Shown one piece after another: positions 17,295-25,640 of a stretch of 64,000 bases of DNA (its first letter is position 1; each line of letters begins with the position of its first letter). The stretch lies in the NCBI GenBank assembly GCA_964517865.1, contig CAZFDW010000001.1:82-64081 (forward strand). Reading direction: 5' to 3'. The position numbers were made by a program, and so were the translations under genes. The notes below the pieces were generated by a model. It worked only from the letters and a program-made list of their open reading frames with translations. It was not told the DNA's origin and made no database searches. Source of the stretch: an uncultured Chitinophaga sp. GTDB lineage: Bacteria > Planctomycetota > Planctomycetia > Planctomycetales > Planctomycetaceae.

Positions 17295-20200
17295 CTACTG
17301 GCGAGGCGGGTTCAAGGTGGTAGCATGGAATCCCTGTGTCCAAAGAATGGCGGTCCCATCTTCTGCCAGAAGCCAGATATCCCAGGTGAGTCGGCGACCA
17401 TTGCGGCCGCGAAAAATGACTCTGGCCAGACATTTCTCACCGGCGGCCGGCAATCGACCAAAGTCAATCTGGTCGATCACATGTGGCAACTGTCGCGTTC
17501 CCAGGTTGTGCGTGGCGAACAGGTCGCACAAAAACAGACAGCCATCCAGCAACGCAGCCGGGGTGTGCCAGCGTGATCCGGGCCGTGAACCTCCCAATTC
17601 AGAAACTGGCGGGGCGATCATCCGCCCCCAGGAACCGTGCGCGTCGTGGTGGACAGATTTCAGAGTTCTCAGTTGTGGACCGTAAAACACAGTGCCACTT
17701 TCCGCAGCTCCCATGTCATGCCAGTCATTCGGATACGGTACCGCTGTCCAGGCATTCGACTCTGGCGGAGTACCGATATCCGGGGGCAAAATCTGCTGTG
17801 GATCATCCGCCATATTCAGTATGCAGGTTTGATACAAACGGAATGGATCGATCAGCAGACCCTGCTTCTCAAAGAAGTCTCCCGTCAGCTGACACGTCAA
17901 TTCCTGTTGAGTGCCGGTAAGTAGTATCCGCGCATGATGAAGGCGAGGGCTGGCCATGCGAAATCCGTTCTGGATTTGCAGATTGCGGAGCCGGCTGACG
18001 AACCGGCCGCCGCTCCAGATGAACGCAGCCTGCACACAGGTTTCAATGCCAACGACGGCTGGCAACAGCGGAACTCCGTCGTTCAGATGTCCATTGAGAA
18101 ACGGATCGGTATCCGGGGAAAATCGAATTTCAGCAATGCCCTGCTGTCCGATTCCCGAAAAAATATGATCGATTAATGGGGATTCGGAGATCAGATCCGT
18201 CAACTTCTCTCGCTGATGACATTCGATTTCGGAGGGCATCAGCCTGTTCAGAGCATCGCTGGAACTGATGTCCGGCCAGATCAGAATCTCCGTGTCGGCG
18301 GAGTCGGTGCTCAATTCTGCAATGACATGTGCAGTCGCTTCGTCCATCGCTGTCAAATGTTCACGCGCGCCAGCATCGGTATCCTGATTCACTTCACTGG
18401 TGATGACATCATTTTCAGCCCATGCCGGGCACAGGATTGTGACGGCACGGAATCCGTCCCGTCGTTCTGCCGCCACGCGCTGCAAAATCAGAGTCAGCAT
18501 TTCGTCGCCGAGCGCGAGTGCAGTCTGCAGTGCCGAACCAAACCTTCCCGCCGCCGAGGAAGTACAGATCAAATGGGAAAGTGGATCGCTGGCGGTCAGT
18601 TTCAGGAGGGCATCGGTGCATTCAACCCTGAGTCGCAACTGGTCTGCGACGTTCAGGGGATCAGTCTTCAAAAACTGTCCCGCCAGTGTCAGTTCCGCCC
18701 CGTGAAGAATGCCCTCAATTTTAACGTCCTGCCGACGTATCGCTGTCAGTACTTTTTCCAGTTGAGTCCTGTCACAGAGATCACACTGGTGGCAGGTATA
18801 CTGAATCCCGGCGTTGGTCAGAGCGACGAGTGTCCTGTCCAGAGGCAGATCTGCATCAATCAAGTGCAGTCGTAACCCATGCTGTCGCCCCAACTGCAGA
18901 GCCAGAGATGCGATATGACTACGACACACGCCCGTGACAATCCATGTTGTGCCACGACGAATGTTCCGCTGCGGAAGCTCTGAGACCGGCTGGAAAGTCG
19001 GTCTGGTCGTATATCTTTTCCCACGAACCGATGCCGTCTCGATGATGGTGGTATCGGTTGCCAGTTCGCGGCAAACGGCGGCAGCGATCATTTTCGGCGG
19101 TTCATTTTCTGGTGCATCGATCACTCGGATTCGCAGCACACCTTCGGTTTCGCGGCTAAGTGACTTCAACAACCCCGCCATTCCACCACGATACGGTGAC
19201 GCAAACAGACCACGGCATCCCCCGTCTCCCCCGAATAAACTGACTGCTGCAAGAGACGCCCGGTGGATGAGTTTTGCGTCACAAACATGCTGATACCATC
19301 GCTGGCAGATGCAAAATCCTGTGACGGCTGCATCAGAGGGTCTGCTCCCCGGTGAACTCAGGTCACTGTTCTCGCTGTTGCCTTCATCGCAGCCGGTCAT
19401 CAGGAACAAATGTGGCGTTGGAGCATGTGCCCAGATGTCGTCTAACTCCTGCAGTAAACTATCGGTGCTGGCGAAGTCTGTCAGCTGATGGACGGAAATC
19501 TGCAGGCTCTCCAATTTTTCTTTCAGCGCTGCAGCTGCCGCGTTATGGCCAAGGATCAGTGCCGCACCGGAAAACACACTGACCGGTGAAACAGACGTCG
19601 GTGATGTTGCTTCCACGGTGCGAAAGACGTACCTCCGCATCGTCCGCGATTGTGAAGAATTCGTCGATGCATCGTGCGGTTTAACAGCCGAGTGTGGCCC
19701 AACGGCATCTGCAGATTCAGCTGCAGGCTGCAGCATGGATGCTGATGGAGTCCGCATCGTCCATTCAATCAACTGTTCCAGGCACGCGAAGTCTGTTGGA
19801 GCATTTTCCTTTCGTGTGGGCAGATCGGGGAATTCCCGGAACATTAAGTCCAAAAGGTATTGCCGGGCAGCTTTATTGAGGCCGAGATCACCTCTGAGGT
19901 CTGAGTTCAGCAGGATCAGGTCTGATGGATAGCCGGTCAGATCGATCACCGCCTGGACCAACCGCTGGACCAGCCGACGCCGATCCGGAGACTTCAACGT
20001 CGGCCCAACGCTGCTGGCTGCGTTTTCTGCTGGAGCCGCCAGATCCATGGTCATGGCGGGTGCTGCCACAGGAACGATGCTCTGGTCAGAGTCGCTCCGT
20101 GGTGGTGTGCCTGGCGATGTGTGAGTCTGTGACTTTAATGGTATCGACAATTCCCAGGCAATGTCAGCTGGCAATACAGTTCTGATTGTATCGCCTGCAC

Positions 20201-22439
20201 TCTGAGCGTCACTCAATCGCTTCAGGATGATGGCGGCCGCGCCTGTCCCGAGAGCGCATCCTGCCGGGCCTTTTCCGGCCGCCAGCATCTGCTGGAAGGA
20301 CACATCTGTCATGCGTTGTCCCACCGCACAGAGGACCATGTCGCAGGTTCCGCTGTGCAGGAGGTCAACGGCGGTGAGCAATGCTGCCTGTGCGGAGTAT
20401 GCACCGCCCTCCACTGTCAGTGCACCACCCATCAGATCCAGATGCTTTGCGATCATCGATGACAGAGTACTGCTGGAAAGACTCCCTGTGACATCCAGAC
20501 TGGCTGGTTTCCGGGTCAGCAATGTGTTCCTGAAGGAATCTATGACTTCGGCAATTTCAACGTCAGCCACGTTTTCGCGTTGCAGCACACTGGCAATCGC
20601 TTCGCGGATCTCGGGCATTCGAACACCGACAAGGGCGTCGCACGAAAAATCACTCGTGAAGTACGTGCCCACAACCGTGCCGACACGCGAACGATCAAAA
20701 TCCCGTGTGGAATAGTTGCCGTCTGCAAGTGCATCAACAGCAGCATCCAGCAGCATATATTGTAATGGATTGGCATTGGCAATCTGGCGAGGAGGAATGC
20801 GGTGTTTCCTCCAGTCGAAGACATAATCGTCCGCAGTGACACTGGATGCTGTCGGCTGGCGACGTGCATTTGATACAGCAACACCGGCGAGCTGAAGAAA
20901 CTCCCGCACCAGGCTGGAGTTGGTGAGCGGCTGTCCAATTCCAATGACAGCAATCTGGTCATGAGCGAGCCTGTTTTCGGGCAGCGGAAGTGAAATCACA
21001 CTGGAGTCTGAAAAACTATTCGTAATCGGCGGAGATTCCTGATCGACGACCATATGAACATTGAGGCCGCCGATTCCAAAGGCGTCAATACCGGCTCTGC
21101 GTGGATGCCCGTCCCCGGGGGCAGGCCAGGGCAATGGTTCCGTGGTGACTCGAAATGGGATCTGATCCCAGTGAATTTGCTGATTGAGCGGCCTGCCATG
21201 CATCGCCGGAGGAATCGTTTCAAATTGCATGGCCAGCAATGTCTTGATCAGACCCACCATTCCGGCGGCTTCCAGAGTGTGTCCCACATTGGCCTTTGCG
21301 CTGCCGATGGGAATCCCTGGTGAAACGATTTCCGCTAGTGTTTCGGTCAGTGATGCGATTTCAGTGGCGTCGCCAAGCTGAGTGGAAGTTGCATGGGCTT
21401 CGATGTACTGCAGACGGGTGGGATCAATTCCGGATGAATAAGCTCTTCGAATCGCTGCCACCTGTCCTTCCTGCCGTGGCGCCCAGAAGGTTTTACCGCG
21501 TCCGTCCGATGAGACTCCCATAGATCTTATGATGCCCAGGATCTGGTCTCCGTCCAGCCGAGCGCGGTGAAGTGTCTTGATCATCACCGCTGCATATCCA
21601 TCCGAGGGTACCATCCCGTCGGCGTCGGATGAAAACGGCGAAGAATGAGTAGCGCTCATCGTTTGTGTGGGTGAGAGCAACACCATCTCCCACCAGTTAC
21701 GATACGAAAAGGCGCCGACAACAGCGGCATCAGTTCTTCCCCGGTGGAGTGACATTGCGGCCAGATGAATTGCGACAAACGAAGATGCACACGCTGCGTC
21801 CAACGCGATCGCGGGGCCGGAAAGATTCAGTGCGTGCTGGATGAGTTTCGCGGCGGCGGCCGGTGTGACCACATTCACCCCAGACTCTTTCCACGACGTT
21901 GTCGTCGTCCGAATCTGCTGAATCAATCCGGCGGCGGCCTTTTCCATAACCCGAGGATCAATCGGCTTTTGTGAACCTGCTTCCCGAAGCAGTTGTGACA
22001 GTTCTTCGGCATGACTGTGGTAAACAAATTCCGCTTCCAGGTTACTGCCGGTGCAGTTGCCTACAAACACTGCGGTGTCGGGTAAAGACCTGAGTCCCGG
22101 CCCGTAACCGGCATGCTGCACTGCAGCGCATGCCACTTCACACATTGTCAGATGTGTGGGATCGGCACGGAGCGCGTCATCCGGCGAAACCGGGCAGGCT
22201 TTGTGATCCCGAGTGCTTGCGCGTACGGTTCCGGCGATTCGAGAATAAGATTTTTCTGCGGTTTCCCGGTCTTCGCTGTAATACAGCCGCTGGTTCAGGC
22301 GATCCGGTGGCAGAATTGAGATTCCATGCCGTCCTTCGACCAGCAACTTCCAGAAATCATCCAGGTTATCTGCACCGGCCAAGCGGCAGGCCATACCGAC
22401 AACAGCAAGGGGAGTTGTCCGAAAGTCATCAGCAGACAT
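17295..22439 (-). CDS. Second PUFA-synthase-like megasynthase, paralog of 6103-14211: KS - truncated CLF - Ser-less ACP-like - degenerate KR - PS-DH
   Basis: 1714-aa ORF with a GGGAGG SD upstream of ATG 22439. Shares collinear motifs with the first synthase (for example DWRKHRIPPRQIANANPLQYMLLDAA versus DWKRHKVPPKQIASADPLQFMLLDAA). Confidence 0.9.
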   Translation of the reverse strand: MSADDFRTTPLAVVGMACRLAGADNLDDFWKLLVEGRHGISILPPDRLNQRLYYSEDRETAEKSYSRIAGTVRASTRDHKACPVSPDDALRADPTHLTMCEVACAAVQHAGYGPGLRSLPDTAVFVGNCTGSNLEAEFVYHSHAEELSQLLREAGSQKPIDPRVMEKAAAGLIQQIRTTTTSWKESGVNVVTPAAAAKLIQHALNLSGPAIALDAACASSFVAIHLAAMSLHRGRTDAAVVGAFSYRNWWEMVLLSPTQTMSATHSSPFSSDADGMVPSDGYAAVMIKTLHRARLDGDQILGIIRSMGVSSDGRGKTFWAPRQEGQVAAIRRAYSSGIDPTRLQYIEAHATSTQLGDATEIASLTETLAEIVSPGIPIGSAKANVGHTLEAAGMVGLIKTLLAMQFETIPPAMHGRPLNQQIHWDQIPFRVTTEPLPWPAPGDGHPRRAGIDAFGIGGLNVHMVVDQESPPITNSFSDSSVISLPLPENRLAHDQIAVIGIGQPLTNSSLVREFLQLAGVAVSNARRQPTASSVTADDYVFDWRKHRIPPRQIANANPLQYMLLDAAVDALADGNYSTRDFDRSRVGTVVGTYFTSDFSCDALVGVRMPEIREAIASVLQRENVADVEIAEVIDSFRNTLLTRKPASLDVTGSLSSSTLSSMIAKHLDLMGGALTVEGGAYSAQAALLTAVDLLHSGTCDMVLCAVGQRMTDVSFQQMLAAGKGPAGCALGTGAAAIILKRLSDAQSAGDTIRTVLPADIAWELSIPLKSQTHTSPGTPPRSDSDQSIVPVAAPAMTMDLAAPAENAASSVGPTLKSPDRRRLVQRLVQAVIDLTGYPSDLILLNSDLRGDLGLNKAARQYLLDLMFREFPDLPTRKENAPTDFACLEQLIEWTMRTPSASMLQPAAESADAVGPHSAVKPHDASTNSSQSRTMRRYVFRTVEATSPTSVSPVSVFSGAALILGHNAAAAALKEKLESLQISVHQLTDFASTDSLLQELDDIWAHAPTPHLFLMTGCDEGNSENSDLSSPGSRPSDAAVTGFCICQRWYQHVCDAKLIHRASLAAVSLFGGDGGCRGLFASPYRGGMAGLLKSLSRETEGVLRIRVIDAPENEPPKMIAAAVCRELATDTTIIETASVRGKRYTTRPTFQPVSELPQRNIRRGTTWIVTGVCRSHIASLALQLGRQHGLRLHLIDADLPLDRTLVALTNAGIQYTCHQCDLCDRTQLEKVLTAIRRQDVKIEGILHGAELTLAGQFLKTDPLNVADQLRLRVECTDALLKLTASDPLSHLICTSSAAGRFGSALQTALALGDEMLTLILQRVAAERRDGFRAVTILCPAWAENDVITSEVNQDTDAGAREHLTAMDEATAHVIAELSTDSADTEILIWPDISSSDALNRLMPSEIECHQREKLTDLISESPLIDHIFSGIGQQGIAEIRFSPDTDPFLNGHLNDGVPLLPAVVGIETCVQAAFIWSGGRFVSRLRNLQIQNGFRMASPRLHHARILLTGTQQELTCQLTGDFFEKQGLLIDPFRLYQTCILNMADDPQQILPPDIGTPPESNAWTAVPYPNDWHDMGAAESGTVFYGPQLRTLKSVHHDAHGSWGRMIAPPVSELGGSRPGSRWHTPAALLDGCLFLCDLFATHNLGTRQLPHVIDQIDFGRLPAAGEKCLARVIFRGRNGRRLTWDIWLLAEDGTAILWTQGFHATTLNPPRQ
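17298..18180 (-). other. PS-type dehydratase domain
   Basis: HLNDGVPLLP (H-x3-G-x4-P) and ALLDGCLF motifs are conserved. Confidence 0.8.
18410..19575 (-). other. KR-like domain with degenerate cofactor and catalytic motifs
   Basis: The Rossmann motif reads TWIVTGVCRSHIA (versus ITGGARGIT). The Lys motif reads RLRVECT (versus AVKVDGA). The Tyr motif reads GSALQTALALGDEML (versus GVGQTDYCVANDML). Confidence 0.7.
19762..19990 (-). other. ACP-like domain lacking the phosphopantetheine attachment serine
   Basis: LVQAVIDLTGYPSDLILLNSDLRGDLGLNKAARQYLL aligns with [33 protein letters not shown]. The D-S dipeptide is replaced by N-K (codons 19877-19872). Confidence 0.7.
20175..20962 (-). other. Truncated CLF-like domain (~260 aa versus ~450 aa in the paralog)
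   Basis: IAVIGIGQ...LMGGALTVEGGAYSAQAAL (no Cys). It ends after ...AAAIILKRLSDAQSAGDTIRTVL. The C-terminal half of the thiolase fold is absent. Confidence 0.7.
21040..22412 (-). other. KS domain, catalytically intact
   Basis: LAVVGMACRLAGA; LDAACASSF (Cys codon 21789-21791); IEAHATSTQLGD; GSAKANVGHTLEAAG. Confidence 0.9.
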
Positions 22440-22477
22440 GTTATCGACGCCTCCCGGCGGACGCTCACACAGGATCG

Positions 22478-23242
22478 TTACACATGGATTGCGGATCCGC
22501 CATCCACGGTCAGCGTTTCTCCCTGCACAAGATCACTCAAACGGCTGGCCAGAAACAGCACAACATCGGCAACGTCGTCCGGCATCAGTTCTCGTTCTCC
22601 GACCATGCTCTTGTTCTTTCGTTCGGCGAACATGACGCCGGAATACGGGATTCGACGAGTGGAGTCTGTTTCAACAAGTCCGGCTTTAACAACGTTGACG
22701 TTAATTCCCTTGTCTCCAACTTCCAGAGTCAGATGTCGCGCGATACTCTCGAGCGCTGCTTTGGATCCGCCAATCAGACCGTACATCGGCAACGCCATAT
22801 GAGATCCATGGCTGGAAATTGCAATCACCTTGGCGCGCCCGACACTTCGCTCAAGCAGTGGCAATGCTTCTCGCACCAAAAACACGAGTGACAATACATT
22901 GATGTTCATTGTGGCATGGAAATGCTTCGTGTTTGACGCCAGCAGTGGACGAAAGCCACCCGTGGCAGCGTTGCTGACGATAATTTCCAGCTGTCCGATT
23001 TCCTCCTTAATGAAATCGATAAGCGAAATGACGTCTACCTCTTCCCCGACATCAGCCTTAACCACATAGGCTCTCCGGCCCATGGCTGTAATCTGATCAG
23101 CCACTTCCATGGCTGCGGCACGCGACGTGACATAATTAATGATCACATCAGCGCCTGCCTCTGCCAGTCGCAATGCACATGCTTTTCCAATCCCGCGGGA
23201 GCTTCCCGTAACCAGTGCGACTTTTCCAGCCAAGTTGATCAT
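22478..23242 (-). CDS. fabL: Enoyl-[acyl-carrier-protein] reductase, FabL type (SDR)
   Basis: KVALVTGSSRGIGKACALRLAEAGADVIINY...VKADVG...NAATGGFRP...TMNIN...ISSHGS...YGLIGGSKAALE...TVDGG is collinear with Bacillus FabL as I remember it. It lies 38 nt upstream of the second synthase. Confidence 0.75.
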   Translation of the reverse strand: MINLAGKVALVTGSSRGIGKACALRLAEAGADVIINYVTSRAAAMEVADQITAMGRRAYVVKADVGEEVDVISLIDFIKEEIGQLEIIVSNAATGGFRPLLASNTKHFHATMNINVLSLVFLVREALPLLERSVGRAKVIAISSHGSHMALPMYGLIGGSKAALESIARHLTLEVGDKGINVNVVKAGLVETDSTRRIPYSGVMFAERKNKSMVGERELMPDDVADVVLFLASRLSDLVQGETLTVDGGSAIHV

Positions 23243-23709
23243 TCTACAACCTTTGAATTACGACCAGCCGATCAGTCGGTAATACCGTGCATCCATCGCA
23301 GTACCGCCCCAAAGTCCAGTCAGCCGATCGCGTGTTTCTGGAATCGTCTTTGCGGCCACGTCGCTGCATCAGAAAGCATACTTCGTGGTGTTCCTCCTGA
23401 CCCTCATCTGTTTCCGAATCTCACCATAGATTTGTGGCTGTGCCAAGCGGAAACTTGATGAAATCGTCAAAGGCAGCACGTTCGTAAGAACAGGCGTCAT
23501 AAACTGAATGACCGGAACCAGATTCAGCAGTCGAGAGGCATGGTACGCAGAGTTCAGGCGTTTCATGCATCGACTTCGCCTGAGACATGGAAGTCTGTTT
23601 TCAGGAATTCGCTGCTCGGGCACCTACGCCAGAGTTTACAAATGTGCCAGCCACGAACACCCTGTGCGATTCCGCACAAGTTCGATGCCCAGCACAACTT
23701 TGACGCGAA

Positions 23710-24108
23710 TTATCCGCAGATTTCCAGCCAGGCAGTGTTCAGCGTCGTTGGTGATTTACAGTCGGCCGATCTGAACAACACACTCAGTTGATTGAACTCT
23801 GCAATTCGGTCCGTGACTTCGAATGCAAATTCCGCATCCTGACCGGCCGGACATTCCGCAATGTCCACCCCGTTCATCCGTAAGACATCGGGGCATTTGC
23901 TTGCCTGCAACACAATCCGGAGCGTGGTGGTGTCGTCGATGCCTGTCGGGCAATGAAAACCACGATTCAGCATGACACCAGATTCCGGTTGTGATTCTGG
24001 CAGCGTAAACGGCAACTGACAGCGGATCAGCTCTCCGACAGGCTGTCCGTCGTCGCCAATGAATTGCGATTCCCATGGCCCAGCCAGGCGAATTCTGTGA
24101 TTCTTCAT
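23710..24108 (-). CDS. Small hypothetical protein, possibly with a galactose-binding-domain-like beta-sandwich
   Basis: 132-aa ORF. The pattern LAGPWESQF...NRGF...LRIVLQAS...VLRMNGVDI...FAFEVTDRI...NQLSVLF resembles GH2 N-terminal sugar-binding domains. Weak. Confidence 0.4.
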   Translation of the reverse strand: MKNHRIRLAGPWESQFIGDDGQPVGELIRCQLPFTLPESQPESGVMLNRGFHCPTGIDDTTTLRIVLQASKCPDVLRMNGVDIAECPAGQDAEFAFEVTDRIAEFNQLSVLFRSADCKSPTTLNTAWLEICG

Positions 24109-24136
24109 AACGCGGTATCTGTCATGTCCAGTTCGG

Positions 24137-24706
24137 TTAACTGCCGGAAATCAACTGAGTCAGGAACAACTCGGGATTATCGACGGGTTTTGGTTTGTCG
24201 CCATTCCATTCGACAAGCCCTGTTTGCTCGATCACAAACATTGCTGGCCGAATGACTGCGACAGCACCCTTTGAAGGAAGTATCGCCGTGCCCCACCTGA
24301 CCGAACTGGAATCCGGGTATCCGGAACGGGTGTCGTGCAACACAGGGAACGGGAAATTCTCAGTCTGCAATTTGAATTCAGGAGTCAGCGGCGTCGAAAT
24401 CGCGATGAGTTTGATACCCGTTCGTTTGATCGCCTCAGCAAACTCCCGAATTTGCCGCATCAGGGGATCACCGTCGAGTCCTTGACGGGCGTCGAAGAAA
24501 ACCAGCACAATTCGATGCCGATGCAGATAGCTCTGCAAGTTCGCCTGTCGGCCATTTTGATCGAGCAATTGAAATGTTGGTGCGGGCCGTTCATCGACAA
24601 ATGTCGCCGTGACCTTCACCGCATCACGAGGTGTCAGGATTCTCCAGCACGTCGCTGTGGCGACTAACAGAAGAACGCTGCCGAAAATTTTTTCACGAAG
24701 TTTCAT
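24137..24706 (-). CDS. Membrane-anchored thioredoxin-fold (AhpC/TSA-like) protein lacking the peroxidatic cysteine
   Basis: N-terminal TM. FQLLDQNGRQANLQSYLHRHRIVLVFFDA...IAIS...FPFPVLHD...MFVIEQTGLV follows the AhpC/TSA layout, but the T-P-x-C position reads ARQGLDGDP. Confidence 0.55.
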   Translation of the reverse strand: MKLREKIFGSVLLLVATATCWRILTPRDAVKVTATFVDERPAPTFQLLDQNGRQANLQSYLHRHRIVLVFFDARQGLDGDPLMRQIREFAEAIKRTGIKLIAISTPLTPEFKLQTENFPFPVLHDTRSGYPDSSSVRWGTAILPSKGAVAVIRPAMFVIEQTGLVEWNGDKPKPVDNPELFLTQLISGS

Positions 24707-25487
24707 GATGCTGATCTCGCGTCAGTTTCTGCCGAAGACGCTGAAAGCCGCGAATCCAGCGATCGTAGTTGTCAGTTTTCATCGCGAAGAATTCGGCCAC
24801 CTGAGCCTGAGGCAGAATCAGGAATTCTTCCCTTCGAATTCCGTCCAGAACACTTCTCGCCGCATCGTCGGCGGTGATCGAATGCAGGTGCAGATAGCGA
24901 TGGATCGGATCGGATTCGTCGAGCATATCGGTTTCGACGCCCAATGGGCAGACGACCGAGACTCGGATACCACTGCGTCCGTAACAGACTGACAGCCATT
25001 CCGCCATCGCGACGTCGGCATGCTTTGTCACAGAATAGGATGCGGAACCAATCTCCATCAGGAGCCCGGCTGCCGATGCCGTATGAATCAGATAGCCCTC
25101 ACTCCGTTCCTGCATGTGCGGCACAACGGCTCGCGCGGCAAACAGACGCGACATCACATTGACGTCCCACATTCGCTGCCAGTCCGAGTTGGTCGATTCC
25201 AGGCCGCCCTTTACTGTGATTCCCGCATTCGAACAGAAGATATCCACACGGCCAAACTGTGCCATCGTGTTCGCGACGAGCTGCTGCACATCCGCTTCGA
25301 TCGCCACATTGCAGCGATTGGCGACGGCCTGCGGACCAATTTCCCGCGCAACGGTGGCGGCCGCAGACTCATCGCGATCAGAAACCACAACGGCTTTACA
25401 GCCGGCCTCCGCAAAGGCTCGACACATCGCCGCTCCGATTCCGCGACCAGCGCCGGTGACGATGATCACACGATCTTTGACTTCCAT
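24693..25487 (-). CDS. SDR family oxidoreductase
   Basis: IIVTGAGRGIGAA Rossmann motif, NAG motif (CSNAGI), catalytic YSVTKHA. Confidence 0.85.
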   Translation of the reverse strand: MEVKDRVIIVTGAGRGIGAAMCRAFAEAGCKAVVVSDRDESAAATVAREIGPQAVANRCNVAIEADVQQLVANTMAQFGRVDIFCSNAGITVKGGLESTNSDWQRMWDVNVMSRLFAARAVVPHMQERSEGYLIHTASAAGLLMEIGSASYSVTKHADVAMAEWLSVCYGRSGIRVSVVCPLGVETDMLDESDPIHRYLHLHSITADDAARSVLDGIRREEFLILPQAQVAEFFAMKTDNYDRWIRGFQRLRQKLTRDQHHETS

Positions 25488-25529
25488 GATGTATTCATTC
25501 TTCGGAGTTCATAAAGCTTCCGGCGTCTT

Positions 25530-25608
25530 GTAGGCCGGACCAAGCGCAGCGCAGTTCCGGCAGGTGTCTGGCCATTGCCGGAACTTCGCTGCGCTTGGTC
25601 CGGCCTAC
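25530..25608. repeat. REP-like 33-bp inverted repeat, family GTAGGCCGGACCAAGCG...TTCCGGCA, copy 1
   Basis: Arms at 25530-25562 and 25576-25608 with 1 mismatch and a 13-nt loop. It lies between the MATE stop and the SDR start. Confidence 0.85.
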
Positions 25609-25640
25609 TCTAAAATTCAAACATCGACGTCGCGCCATTG

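Noticed and set aside
18216-20715. Several 100-220-aa plus-strand ORFs (18216-18875, 18934-19293, 20227-20715)
   Set aside because: All lie antisense within the 1714-aa synthase gene, whose frame carries conserved KS/KR/DH motifs.
23369-23623. 84-aa minus-strand ORF in the fabL leader
   Set aside because: It has no SD, no motifs and an unusual composition. It is more likely non-coding leader sequence.
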